A stretch of DNA of 64,000 bases from Octopus sinensis (lineage: Eukaryota): the NCBI RefSeq assembly GCF_006345805.1, contig NC_042999.1:62930001-62994000 (forward strand), given 5' to 3'. Both the position numbers and the translations under genes were made by a program. Under the pieces are notes generated by a model. That model saw only the letters and a list, made by a program, of their open reading frames with translations. It was not told the DNA's origin and did not search any database. Of this stretch, positions 11,168 to 23,941 are shown piece by piece (positions within the stretch are counted from its first letter, which is position 1; every line of letters starts with the position of its first letter).

Positions 11168-12647
11168 CCAGCTTTTTTCAGTATCTGTCTACTAAATCCA
11201 CTCACAAGGTTTTAGTCAACCTAGGACTATAGTAGAAATCACCTGCCCAATGGGCTGCACTGCAAGACTGAACCTGAGACCACATGGTTGAGAAACAAAC
11301 TTTTCGACCACATGGTCACATCTGATAATTACATTATTTGAATGATTCAGAATCTCCTTGTATTTCCAATGAAGTGTCACCAATGTGAAAGGAACTTGCA
11401 GAAGAGACATGGGAAGAAGCAGCAAAATTTGATCTCCAGATATTTAATCTCGCAAAGGAGATGAAAAAGGACCACAAGTGGCAACATACTGTGTTGGAAT
11501 AGACATGTCCAACTTGTGCAAGCATGACAAAATGAGCATCATGATGATGATTATGGTGGTAGTTATGCTAATTTATATACATGGTCGAAAATTTTGGCCA
11601 TGGTAAATGCAGAAGTAGATAATATGAAACTGGTTGATGCACAAAGCCTTAAGTGTCCTGAATTTGGTCCAGGTTAAGGTAATGTGTACTATATGCATGT
11701 GTTTCGCTTGCTTGACCCAGTGTTTTATACAATGCATTACAGTTGTCACATGAAGGAGGTGTTATTGATGTATGTAACTGACATACATATTGTGGTTGTT
11801 CAGTTTGGGATCAGCACTCATCAAGCAGAATTATGATCCAATGTATTCCATTTATAACTTACATTTTTTAACTTTTTTTATTTACAGGTATAGTATATCT
11901 AGTACTACATAATTGAAAGTCTCCTCCTCATTTGTAAGTTTGTAGGTTGTGACTGGCAGGAAATTTGGCTGCTATTTTTAGCTATTCAAGTAACTGCATA
12001 GACGTTCCATCATTATATGCTCAGATATATGATTATAGTTAATGTAATTACAATTAAAGTAAGAGTATAAGTTAGGGAACGATACAGCCACAAACGACTC
12101 ATTACATGTCAAAATAATCTTCACACATGCCATAAGCAGAGCATGGGAAATTAGTACTTGCTGCAAGTCAATTTACATAAGTGAATCCATAAAGGAATAA
12201 TGATTTATCTAAAGGAATCAACTTTGTTATAACTTCCACTTTTCTATGCTTTCATAGGTCAGATGGAGTTTATGGATGCAGATTTTCTACAGCTGAATTC
12301 CCTACCTGTCACCATCACCTACCTGTTTCTAAGCAAGGTAATATTTCCCCCATGGCCAAGACAAAGAGCCACAAACACAAACATATGTAATGGGTCTCTT
12401 TCAGGCTCTGTTTGCCAAATCCACTACAAGGCTTTGGTCAACCAGGGCTATTGTAGGAGACAATATGGCCCACGGTGCCATATAGTGGGACTGAACCTGA
12501 AAGCATGCAGTTAGGAAGAAAACTTCTTAATCACACAGTAAACAAGAGGCTGGCTAAACAGGACCATTAATGAATTGTTAATCAAAAAAGCAAATGGATT
12601 TTTGAAATATACAGTCAGAAATAAATATGATTCAAAGAAAATATTAC

Positions 12648-12810
12648 CTAAATTTTCTCTATCCTCGATGGATTCTTCAGCAGGAGTTTCAGTTTCGCTG
12701 CTTAAACAATCAGGAGATAAGGGTTCTGAATAACCAACAGCCCATGACAGCCAACTTTGGAGGTAACCTGTTTTATACTCTTCAGGTGTTTGTGTTACAG
12801 GAGTACTTGG
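12648..12810 (-). CDS. VPS13D: VPS13D-like exon 12 PSTPVTQTPEEYKTGYLQSWLSWAVGYSEPLSPDCLSSETETPAEESIEDRENL
   Basis: cttttag|CCA..G|gtaata, 163 nt, phase 0-1; YLQSW as in VPS13D QYLQSWFPGW. Confidence 0.88.
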
Positions 12811-13938
12811 CTAAAAGAGAGAGGAAAACAAATATAAAAAATATTAAATGTAAAACATTCATATATGATAACAGATTAAGTTATATGCAATAATGAGTCT
12901 TAACTCCATATTATCGTCATTATCCATTTTGTGTCTGCTTTCTATACAGGCATGAGTTGGACAGCACATCAAATTCTGAGTCAATTCTGATTTGGAGTTA
13001 CTGCTCATTTAGAAGGATCAGAAGATGACATCTCCCTTGTGCATTCCATTTTTAGCAAAGTCTGTACAGCTGGATGTTTGTCCTAATACTAACCACTATA
13101 CAGAGTGTACTGGATACATTTTATTATAGCACTAACACTAGAGAGATTGTTCTGTCCTCAACCTGACTAAAAATTCCTCTTGATCCTACATTATCTTTGT
13201 TTGACCACCATCCATATTACAAAGTGTACTGGCTGTATTTCAGTGTGGCATTAGCAAATGTTATCTTGTGCCCTACAAGGATAAAAATTCTTCAAGACCT
13301 TACAGCATGTCTGTTCAAGGTAAGACAATCTAGAGGGTAAAGAGGTGAGAAACCAGGGTAGATAAAGGTAGCAGGAGTATAAAGAGAGATACAGAGTAGG
13401 AAGAGGTGATCGAAGAGAAACAGTGATTATAGCTACATATTTGCTACTGAATGCAGTTGAGATTGTGATGGAAAATAACAGGGATGGGTGATGATAGGAG
13501 AAAGTGATAGATGAAAGGCTGGTGACACTAAAAGGGTGATGGTAGAATATTGGTTGTGAACAGATCTGATGCAACCATTCTCCTGTAGGCATCTGGAGAG
13601 AAAAGCAGATACAATTATTGGTCAGAGAAGAGCTGAATACAGACAAGTCCAATGCCATTTCTCATTGTCTGGGTGGTTTCATGTAGTGAAAAGTGAGCAA
13701 CAGAGACATCAAATTGCATTCTTAGTTACAAGAGCAGTATAAAAGAAATTCAATGGTATCCCTTGTATCAAAATTTAAAAAATAATAAGATGAAGAATAA
13801 GAAGAATTATTATGACATGGCTAATTCATTAACCTAATTATCAAGGAAGGTATTTTGAATAAAAGCAAGTACTGAAAACTGAACAGAGTTTTAGCTGATT
13901 ACTGCAGTTAGAGAAACATTCTTGATATTTTCCTTTAC

Positions 13939-14046
13939 CTTGGTAATTTCCTCCTTCATGTCTTTGTTAACTTTGTCAAATGCTAGTAACCGAATGGTTT
14001 TAATTTCTTCAATATTTAACTCATCTTCCATTTTCTTTTGGTGTTG
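13939..14046 (-). CDS. VPS13D: VPS13D-like exon 11 QHQKKMEDELNIEEIKTIRLLAFDKVNKDMKEEITK
   Basis: ttttcag|CAA..AAG|gtaaag, 108 nt, phase 0-0; E..L..EE...R motif. Confidence 0.9.
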
Positions 14047-15098
14047 CTGAAAAGATTGTGAGTAAGTAAAAAGAATGAATATTGCTAAAATGAATCATTA
14101 TAATGCTTATTATATTGTTAAAGATATTGTACTGGCATATAATTTTCAAATGTAAATTTAATTCTTTATTTATCTGTGTGAGAGAACAGAGGCCCTTACA
14201 TTCTTTGTAAAGTCAATTTCATTCACCAAATTAGCTTTTATATATGAATTTTAGAAGGGTCACTAAATCTATAAAACTAAAATCAATTTGTAAGGAAAAA
14301 AACAGACGAACTGAATAACTGGGAAATAATTTCAGTTTCTAGGTTTTTAGCAAGAACAGTTCAGAATAAAGATAAGATGCAGATACATGGTACCCAGCCA
14401 AAATTGTTCTGACTTTGGAAGTAGCAAGCAAGCATGCATGCACACACACAAATACATCACTGATAAGAATTATAACAAGAATGCATATCACTATTTAGAA
14501 TTACATATATAGTGTGTAAAGAGTTATCAGAACAGTTCACAAGTGGTTGGATGTTTGGGTAGATGCCTCGAATACTCAAATCCCTGTAGCATGTTGATGT
14601 TAGCCACCAAGAATTATTACCATTAGAAATGCCTATTATGAGCAGCTTTTTTCTTGTGGTAGAACTGACACACTAATCTGAAGACCACTTTCTACAGACT
14701 GATTCTGTCTGTCATTTGCTGGCACCGGCATACCAATTGATAAGAGGAAAAATAAAAATATTCACGGTAGTTCCCTGATCATTAACCTCCAGAAATTCCA
14801 CTTCACAGGCCAAGGAATTGTGTTAACTGAGCCTTATGGGAAAACAAGTGCAGCAACAGCTGAAGCAATTTTTGATGGATGAATATATCAAATTTATAGG
14901 GAAAACAGTAAAGTTCATAATACTGATAATCTAATATCATTGACCTCACTTCCATAAAAACAAATAAGATTTTCTTTATTCATGATAAAAAAAAAATTCA
15001 ATAAAATACATTTAAAATATGTGCTTCTCTTGAAAATTGAATATGAATTATATGTTTGACTTATCATTGTGCAAATGTGTCAAGGAAGCCCTACTTAC

Positions 15099-15264
15099 AA
15101 TCATTGTGGCTGTGTTAGTCTGTGTCAAGTATGCACAATAAGCTTTGTAATAGTCCACCAAATCTCGTGCTCTCTGTACAGACCTTTTCACCGAGAAGTC
15201 ACGTTGTCGACCATTTATGAAAAACAAATAACCAGTGATAGCATAGTCCCACCAGCGCCTTGGA
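15099..15264 (-). CDS. VPS13D: VPS13D-like exon 10 PRRWWDYAITGYLFFINGRQRDFSVKRSVQRARDLVDYYKAYCAYLTQTNTATMI
   Basis: tttcag|T..ATT|gtaagt, 166 nt, phase 2-0; WW.YA and RARD..Y motifs. Confidence 0.95.
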
Positions 15265-15922
15265 CTGAAATAAAGTAAAAAATTAAATTTTTTTTAATAA
15301 GATAAAAACAAACAAATCCTAACAAATTTTACAAAAACAAAAAAAGTTTTCATTGACACTGTCATATATTCTTTTGATCTTCCACTTCCTCTGCTTCTCT
15401 GAATTTGCTGGCTCAATCACTATTTTTTATCTTCTACATGTTTCAGCCATGTTGGAGGACCACCTTTGAGAGTTTTGTCAAATAGTACCCCAGTACTTCT
15501 TTTTTTGTTTTTAAAGTTTAGTATTCATTCTATCAGTCTTTTTGACCAAACCACAAAGTTATGAGGAAGTAAACAGACAGACAATTTAAACTGAACATTA
15601 TCCACAATAAACTGGCTCAAATATTCCTCGAGCCCACTCAAAGCAGACCTAAAAGTACTGAGGGCTTATATCTATTTGTCTCTTAAATCTAACCTAAGAA
15701 CTAACATATGACAATTTGGTCCTTGGGTGCCTTTAGTAGAATTGAATCTATTGCTGGCATTTGAACCAACTTGACTATTCTCTTCATACTTTTCTTACAG
15801 AGGTTCATGCTGGGTTGAATATGTCAGTCACAGCCCCTCCACTAAATTGTATGAAAAAAAAACTATTTAAAATCATAATGAATATTGAAAATCGAACAAA
15901 GAAATATAATCTTTATACTTAC

Positions 15923-16164
15923 TTCTCGGCACAACTAACATCTGGCCTCCATTTGAGACAACGGTAAAGTCTGTCCTGCTTGTCAAGTTCTCTAGTCCAG
16001 TAGACAAGATATTTATATTGGATGTTGGAAAGGGACACAGCAAGTTCTTCGATAGTGATGTCTGTACTCAGCCGTGGTGTGCTAGCTGAAGTCAGTGGCA
16101 ACTCACTTGTGTTTCTTTGAATTCTTGAACGAGCATTTGTTGGAGATAACACATAATCATGAAT
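15923..16164 (-). CDS. VPS13D: VPS13D-like exon 9 IHDYVLSPTNARSRIQRNTSELPLTSASTPRLSTDITIEELAVSLSNIQYKYLVYWTRELDKQDRLYRCLKWRPDVSCAE(N)
   Basis: ttaacag|ATT..AA|gtaagt, 242 nt, phase 0-2; matches YVLEP..RNCS..PLRS..PR..QY..RW(K/R)P. Confidence 0.95.
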
Positions 16165-16579
16165 CTGTTAATGGGAAAAAAAAGAAAAGAAAAAGAAAAA
16201 ATTATCATCAACATTTAAAATCCATTTTCCATGCTGGAAATTACGATCAAGCAGGAATTAATATAGAACACAGTTACATTGTTGTTTAAACCTATTGAAC
16301 AAACTTATGATCAAAAAGATTATAACCATGACCATCCATTTTTTCCTTAATATAGTATATCTAGGACAATGTTATCTAATGCATACTTTTGTAAAATGGT
16401 GTCATTTTGAGAAAGATTCAGCAGCTATTTCTAGCAGATCAAACAGCATTAAAGCCCCTTCATTGGTTCAACATTCTAAGAGTGAGAATAAAAATTTAAC
16501 CACCTAATTCATGAGTCGTTTATCTCAACAACTACATACATGAAAGCTGTGGAAATTAATAATTTACTGAAGTTTTAAC

Positions 16580-17010
16580 TTCAATTCAATTCAATTTTTA
16601 TTGGCTCAAAAAGCAAAAGCAAGGCCATGTAGGGGGACAGGGAGTTATGTACAGAGAGGGTGGTCATACAAAGAGTTCAGGCCATTTCTGGTCAAGAGAG
16701 ACTTTGAACCGAGTGGTCGTCGGCATCTTCACTATCTTGTCCGGCAGCTTATTCCACAGATCCGCAACCCGGACGGAGAAAGCCCCTCTCCTTCGATTGA
16801 GATGAAATCATTGTAGATAGAGCTTTTTGGAGTGACTCCGCAGCCCACGCTCTGGAGCAGGAGTGAAGAACAGTTCTTTCAAGAGGTTACACTTTCCGCT
16901 TATGATGTTGTGAGCGAGAATGAGATCACCACGGCAGCGGCGTTTTTCAAGAGAATAAAGGTCAAGTGTCTTCAGCCTTTCTTCATAAGACAAATGCTTG
17001 AGGGGAACAT
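16580..17010 (-). mobile_element. CR1-type LINE 3' fragment
   Basis: Peptide SYEERLKTLDLYSLEKRRCRGDLILAHNIISG..FSVRV..WNKLP; (attga)n tail. Confidence 0.85.
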
Positions 17011-17844
17011 AAGCTTCAATACACAGAGATGTACATAAAATTAAAATACTTCTTCAAATGTAAACTTAGATTGAGCGCACCCTGATTAATTTCACTCTTG
17101 TATCCAGCAGTGGAAACCATACCAAAACAGCTCCTGTCAAACTGTCCAACCCATGCCACCATGGAAAACAGATGTTAAATGATGATGACACCAGTTATTT
17201 GTCAACACAAATTCCTCTGTGCAAATTCCTTTCCCATCTCTCTCCAGTAGACAACCTCTCTTATGTTGGCAGGGAGGGGAGAGTATATAACACCTTTATT
17301 TTTAAATAGGTGCCTGGTTTAGCATCTCTATAAGGCCCTTGAGGGCCTAAACCCTTTGCTTGTATCACATATGGTACACAGGGTCCTATGTGATCTTGTG
17401 TATATGATATCATACTTGATACACATCCCCAATCATTTTCAACCACAGAAGTAACTTGGAACTTATGAAAGGAACACTTTATATTACTCAGAACATATGA
17501 TACAAGGGCTAACTAAAAGTCTGAACACAAGCATGAACACTTAGGACAAACTTATGAAAATACTTTGGACAGGCAAAGGGATTAAGTAGATTTCATATCA
17601 TTTCAGGCATTTAATTCCTTGTCCATATTTTTCCTGCAGACACTGACCAGCAGATCTTCAAACAAGCTATCAGTAACAAAGACCTTACCAATCTTGAAGG
17701 ATCTGCAAAGGTTATGAGCACTACACACTCCTATGTTGACTAACTCATGCAAAAAAAATATAAATAACATTCCATTCTATTAAAATTTGGTCTTACATCA
17801 AGCCAAAACAAAAAAAACAAAAGAATAAAATTTAAAACAGATCA

Positions 17845-18400
17845 ATCATCATCATTTAATGTCCGTTTTCCATGCTAGCATGGGTTGGACAGTTCGACCG
17901 GGGTCTGGTAAGCCATGGAGGCTGCACCAGGCTCTAGTCTGATTTGGCAGTGTTTCTACAGCTGGATGCCCTTCCTAATGCCAACCACTACGAGAGTGTA
18001 GTGGGTGCTTTTTACGTGCCACCAGCACAGGGGCCAGAACTGGCTCGCAAACGGCCACGATCAGTTGGTGCTTTTACGTGTCACCAATACGGACGCCAGT
18101 CAGGCGGCGCTGGCATCTGCCACGTTCGGATGGTGCTTTTTACGTGTCACCGGCACAGGTATCACAAGTACAATTTCCATTTGAATTTTTATTTTGATGT
18201 CGATGTACTTAACTCAATAGGTCTCCTCAAGAACAGCAGGTCACTCTATGATCCAAGGTCAGCACAGCAGGCCGTCCTGCGAGCCATAAACTCATTTCAT
18301 TTGTCGGGTCTTCGAAGTCACAGAATATCTCCAGAGGTCTCAGTCTTTCGTCATAGCCTCTGTGAGACTCAAAGTATGAAGGTCATGCTTGATCACCTCA
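17845..18400 (-). mobile_element. RTE LINE 3' fragment
   Basis: Same ggaagggcatccagctgtagaaac core, ORF-end homology at 18300-18400, (cat)n tail. Confidence 0.8.
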
Positions 18401-19300
18401 ATACAATATTTTATTTTTTCTAAGTTAATGTATGACCTTTAAGGTTATAGTTAAGTAGTTTGTACACTTGTTCCATTCTACTGCCACTTTATAAGCTTGC
18501 TAAATTCATTCCCCAGTTCTTTTCTCCTATGTGAAAGCATCACTGAGAATAACAGAACAAATCTAATCTAAAACAATGAAAATTACTTCTGAATATATTT
18601 CACAGGAATACATGTTAACCTTCCAGGGTTAAAAAAAAAAAAAAGAAAGACTTCATTATGAATGTAACAGGTAAAGTATCTAAGAATAATATTAGGTAGG
18701 GAAAAGGCAAAATAACTAGAATAGGAAACATTCCAGCCAAATATTCTACATGTGTTGAATATTTGGATCTACTTTTTTTCCTGTTGCTCAAGTATTTCTA
18801 TTTTGCTTAATGTGAGTATGTGTGTATATGTGTGAATGTATATATGAATAAAAATGCTAAATTCTCATAATATTCATATCTAAAAATTTGTATGTATACG
18901 TAAGCCATATTTATAGGAAAACTATATCAATTAACATTTTATATTTATACTAGCACTATGACCCGGCATCGCCATGGTTTTCTGCAGTTGGATATTCTTC
19001 CTAACATCAAGCACTTATCAGAGTGTACTGAGTGCTTTTTTTACATAGCAACAGCACCAATGAGGTTGCCAAGTACATGCACAAGAAGACCCCCTCAACT
19101 GAATAGGATATAGACCAGAGAAAGAAACTATGACAGAGGTAGAGAAGAAGGTGATATGAAGAAATAAACACATGCCTTCACTACATGAGAAGTGAGAGAA
19201 GAAAGAGATGTGGGTACACACATACACACACTGAGTTCTATTCCTTCTGTTTGTTCCAAAAGACATGCATACATATATATGCACACACACACACGTATAT

Positions 19301-19523
19301 TATTTCTTTACTACTCACAAGGGGCTAAACACAGAGGGAACAAACAAGGACAGACAAACGGATTAAGTCAATTACATCGACCCCAGTGCGTAACTGGTAC
19401 TTATTTAATCGACCCTGAAAGGATGAAAGGCAAAGTCGACTCGGCGGAATTTGAACTCAGAATGTAATGGCAGACGAAATACAGCTACGCATTTCGGCCG
19501 GCGTGCTAAGATTTCTGCCAGCC
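19301..19523 (-). mobile_element. tRNA-derived SINE, family A
   Basis: Homologous to 487-718; sits in a CA tract. Confidence 0.85.
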
Positions 19524-19805
19524 ACACACACACACACACACGCATACATACATATACAGCGAGAGAGAGGAGCAACAGAATGTACAAGAAAAAGTTGACA
19601 GTAATTACAAAGTCATGGTTTATTAGGATAACAGTTAGTAAGCTGACACTTCAAGGTCACTGTCAACCTTTTCCTTCCAAAGATAAATGTATGTTCTACT
19701 AAAAAATACTGAGTCATTCGTTCAAATTACTATTAAATTATTTTTATGTATAACTCGACATGAAAACAATGTGTGTCTGTATGTAAATAAGATATATATA
19801 TATAT

Positions 19806-20048
19806 ATCATCATCATCATCGTTTAACGTCTGTTTTCCCTGCTAGCATGGGTTGGACGGTTCGACCGGGGTCTGGGAAGCCAGGAGGCTGCACCAGGCTT
19901 CAGTCTGGTCTGGCAGTGTTTCTACAGCCGGATACCCTTCCTAATGCCAACCACTCCGTGAGTGTAGTGGGTGCTTTTTACATGCCACCAGCACAGGTGC
20001 CAGGGGAGGCTGGCAGCAGCCACGGTCGGTTGGTGCATTTTACATGGC
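19806..20048 (-). mobile_element. RTE 3' UTR fragment
   Basis: catcatcgtttaacgtc..gctagcatgggttggac terminal core. Confidence 0.8.
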
Positions 20049-20607
20049 ATATATATATATATATATATATACATATATACATACATGTGGAGTAAAACAC
20101 AGACATTAAAATATATACATATATATATATATACACATACATACTTACATACATACAATGTATATGTATTGTGGTTTGTGTGTGTAAAGAAAGAGCTTAA
20201 AAATTCTTATGATGAAGTGTATCAAATTCATTATTTGTGTGTGTGATGGTAGCTACATAATTAAATCTAATTTTAGAATCCCAATAATTAAATCCATGAT
20301 GTCAATAGTTTCTTACCAACATACACACACAGGGAAATAAAAACAAGCAAAACCATTGGAATGATATAGTATTAGCTAAAGATCATATAGTTATGTCTTT
20401 TACAACACATCATCTTTGTTTTAACTTCTTTTTGTTTTTCATTTCAGATCTGGCTGAAATATAACACACAATGAATAGTGAAGTCAGTGAAAAAAAAGAT
20501 TTTAACCATTAATCTACTATAGAAACTGTTAGGAATACATGATAATTCCTGGAGAGAAGTCAAAGAAATGGAATTAAGAATATGAACAAAAAAATAGTGT
20601 TACTTAC

Positions 20608-20649
20608 ATCAAATCCATCTCGCAGACTTGTTCCACCTTGTAATAACGA
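20608..20649 (-). CDS. VPS13D: VPS13D-like exon 8 (42-nt small exon) SLLQGGTSLRDGFD
   Basis: ttttatttacag|TCG..GAT|gtaagt, strong splice sites, phase 0-0. Fills the gap between GDLP..IV and IHDYVLSP; low sequence conservation. Confidence 0.7.
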
Positions 20650-22526
20650 CTGTAAATAAAACAGAAAGTCTGTATTAACCAAATGCTGGAATACTGCTGA
20701 TGCCACCACCACCATGAGCATTAAAACATACCATTTTTCTAACTACCACGAATTGGGTGAGGCTGCAGTACACCATACTTTTGTCTTATTCCTGCATATA
20801 TCATCCACAAGACCCAACATCCCAAATTCTGTCATTACTTTCCCATGTCTTCCTTAGTTTAAAAGCTCAACAACAGATACTTCAACAGGGTAGCATATAA
20901 AACTTATTTTTATCCATCATTCCATTAGTCATTCACATTATAAGTCTGCATCAATGTAGTTCACTCTCCTGCATACATCAAAACCAATGCCATTAAAGAC
21001 CAGCCATTCTTTCAAATCCCTTCTGTACTTAATACAATATCCTTCATAGATTACAGCAATAAACTGAACCTCTCTATGGCATGTATTTACAATCAAGTAA
21101 ACTTGTGGGGGGAGTATCTTTGCCAGGGGCATGACATATAGGTCAGGTGACCAGAACAAACAATGTTTTAACCAAAAGGCTAGTACCCTCTGAATTCACA
21201 TAGTTACAATTCACAATAAATTATACTAAAAGCAGAGGAAAAAACCTCTCTGGTATCAAATTGTTGGATCAGGTGACAAAAGTCAAGGAGAGGGTCATAG
21301 CCCAACTAATTAGGGAGAAAGTTAGTTTAGATGAGACACAGTTTGATTTTGTACCTGGGAGAAGTGCCACTGATGCTATATTTCTGGTAAGACAGCTGCA
21401 GGAGAAATACCTAGCCAAAGATAAACCTCTATATTTGGCTTTTGTTGACATGGAAGAAGCCTTTGACAGGGTTCCCCGATCTCTTATTTGGTGGTCAATG
21501 CGGAAACTAGAGATAGACAAGTGGTTGGTGAGAACTGTACAAGCCATGTACAGGAATGCTGTCAGTAAAGTGAGGGTTGGCAACGTGTATAGTGAAGAAT
21601 TCAGGGTACAAGTAGGGGTTCGCCAAGGATCAGTCCTCAGTCCTCTCTTGTTCAGCATAGTCCTCCAGGCAATAACAGAGGAATTCAAGAGAGGCTACCC
21701 TTGGGAGCTTCTCTATGCTGATGACCTTGTTCTTATAGCTGAATCACTACAAGAACTAGAGGAGAAGTTTCAGGTGTGGAAGCAAGGTCTAGAATAAAAG
21801 GGCCTTAGAGTTAACCTAGCAAAAACTAAAGTCTTAATAAGTAGGAAGGCAGTCAAATCACAAATCTCTTCAGGTAGATGGCCCTACTTGAACTGTAGGA
21901 AAGGCATAGGTAGAAACTCCATAAGATGTACCCAGTGTAAGCTTTGGACACATAAGAAGTGCAGCAATATCAGAGGAAAGTTAACATGGAAGATAGTTTT
22001 TGTGTGTGGAAGGTGCACAGGTACAATTAACACTAAAAATGTACAGAAAATAGATTCCATTACATGCCAGTGGGAAAACCAGAAGTCGCTCAGAGTGAAA
22101 GACAGACTATATGATGCCTGTGTGCGAATGGCCATGCTACATGGCAGTGAAACATGGGCTGTGACTGCTGAGGACATGCATAGGCTTGTAAGAAATGAAG
22201 CTATTACGCTTTGCTGGATGTGTAATGTCAGTGTGCATGCATGACAGAATGTAAGCGTTCTGAGAGAAAAGCTGGGCATAAGAAGCATCAGATGTGGTGT
22301 GCAAGAGAGACGACTGCACTGGTATGGTCATGTGATGCATATGGATGAGGACAGCTAAGTGAACGAGTGTTGCCATCTTACAGTGGAGGGAACCAGTGGA
22401 AGAGGTAGACCCAGGAAGACATGGGACAATGTGGTGAAGCATGACCTTCAAATATTGGGCCTCACAGGGGTAACCATAAGTGACTGTGATCTTTGGCAAT
22501 ATGCCATGCTTGAGAAGACCTGTCAA

Positions 22527-22814
22527 GCCAAGTAAGATCATAGCCAAGTAAGCTCATAGCCAAGTAAGCTCATAGCCAAGTAAGCTCATAGCCAAGTAAG
22601 ATCATAGCCAAGTAAGATCATAGCCAAGTAAGATCATAGCCAAATAAGATCATAGCCAAATAAGATCATAGCCAAATAAGATCATAGCCAAGTAAGATCA
22701 TAGCCAAGTAAGCTCATAACCAAGTAAGATCATAGCCAAGTAAGATCATAGCCAAGTAAGATCATAGCCAAGTAAGATCATAGCCAAGTAAGATCATAGC
22801 CAAGTAAGATCGTA
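22527..22814 (+). repeat. 16-bp minisatellite (gccaagtaagatcata) x18
   Basis: 18 units counted; variants ct, aaat and acc occur in runs; first unit contains the RTE stop codon. Confidence 0.95.
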
Positions 22815-22846
22815 GCCAATGCCAGTGTCGTGTAAGTGGCCCATTA

Positions 22847-23369
22847 GCCCCTTGACAGTGGTTGACGCAAATATGCGATCACACCTTTGCTTGCCCACCT
22901 ACGGTTAACGTAAATATATGATGTAGAGCTGTCCTACGTCTATCACAGACTTTTTAGTGGCTGACGTATGTTTACGTTCACTATAGTGTACTTTATCTCT
23001 TGAGGTGCACGCGCTCGCCGTCCCATGCATTATCTCAGCTATTTTAAGTTACGTTCAAGTCATGAGACTAGCAGTAGACCAATAACATGTGGATACTTTA
23101 CACACATAATACCGTGTTTTGAGTTGTACCACACGCAAGCTATTTTTTTAACTTGAGCAGAATAACTCATGCATATCATATTATGATAAATAGCTTTATA
23201 TAGGTCGTTTTCATAAACCGGCAGACGTAAATGTATGACACTGTTATTGTAACAGTGAACGTGAATAGACATGAGCTCATTGGCACTTGTGTGTTTGTGT
23301 GGCCTCATTAGATAAAAAAAAACCGGAGCAGTGTCTCGCATGCTTCAGGTAATACCGGCATCAAGGGGC
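22847..23369. mobile_element. MITE with GCCCCTTGA terminal inverted repeats inserted in the RTE 3' UTR
   Basis: t-ta|GCCCCTTGA...TCAAGGGGC|ta-a; removing it restores cccattaaaagcacc of the LINE UTR. Confidence 0.75.
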
Positions 23370-23941
23370 TAAAAGCACCGTTCAGTCGCTGGATAATATA
23401 CTGTGCTAGTGAAAACCTGTTGAACCCAGTGAAATTGTAGTCGTGGCTGATGCCAGTGCTGTCTGACTGGCACCCATACCAGTGACATGTAAAAAGCACC
23501 ATTCGAGCATTGGGCTTCATGATGGCAGTGACAGGTGACCAAGACCGTAAGTGATTACTGTGCTTGTGTAGACCTGTCAAACCAGGTGAGCCCATAGTTG
23601 TGACCAATGCCAGTGTCAGGTCAATGGCACCTGTGCTGGTAGCATGTAAAAAACACTCAACACACTCAGAGTGGTTGACATTAGGAAGGGCATCCAGCTG
23701 TAGACCTTGCCAAATCAAATCAGAACCTGGTCTACACGACGGCTTACCAGTTTTCAGTCAAACCGTCCAATCCATGCCAGCATGAAAAGCAGATGTTAAA
23801 TGATGATGATGATTATTATTTACAGAAAAATTAAACAGTAATAACATAAAGCAAAACTATTCTAAGATCAACAATGAAATTATTTTTGTTAAATGTTTAA
23901 AGAACTACAAACGAAATAAGAGTTCAGCAAAACCATCTTAC

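Larger units (their letters stand above)
21252..23815 (+). mobile_element. 5'-truncated RTE-clade LINE (RT, PHD-like finger, C-terminus, long 3' UTR, (GAT)n tail), interrupted by a minisatellite and a MITE
   Basis: Single reading frame 21261-22535 with RT motifs FVPGRS.TDAIF, AFVDMEEAFDRVP, GVRQGSVLSPLLF, YADD (21714-25), LHGSETW, WYGHV.HM, GRGRPRKTW. Three internal stops and an in-frame internal deletion near 22080. gatgat tail at about 23800-23815. Confidence 0.92.

Noticed and set aside
17230-17450. Possible very old RTE C-terminal fragments (also about 11375-11555, 20700-20830, 24300-24500)
   Set aside because: Only loose motif resemblance; not listed as features without an alignment.
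21269-21688. 139-aa minus-strand ORF, plus 21884-22288 and 22137-22547
   Set aside because: Antisense shadows of the RTE RT frame; no independent coding signal.
22527-22814. Regular short repeats resembling a CRISPR array
   Set aside because: No spacers (head-to-tail tandem), eukaryotic context, derived from the LINE end.
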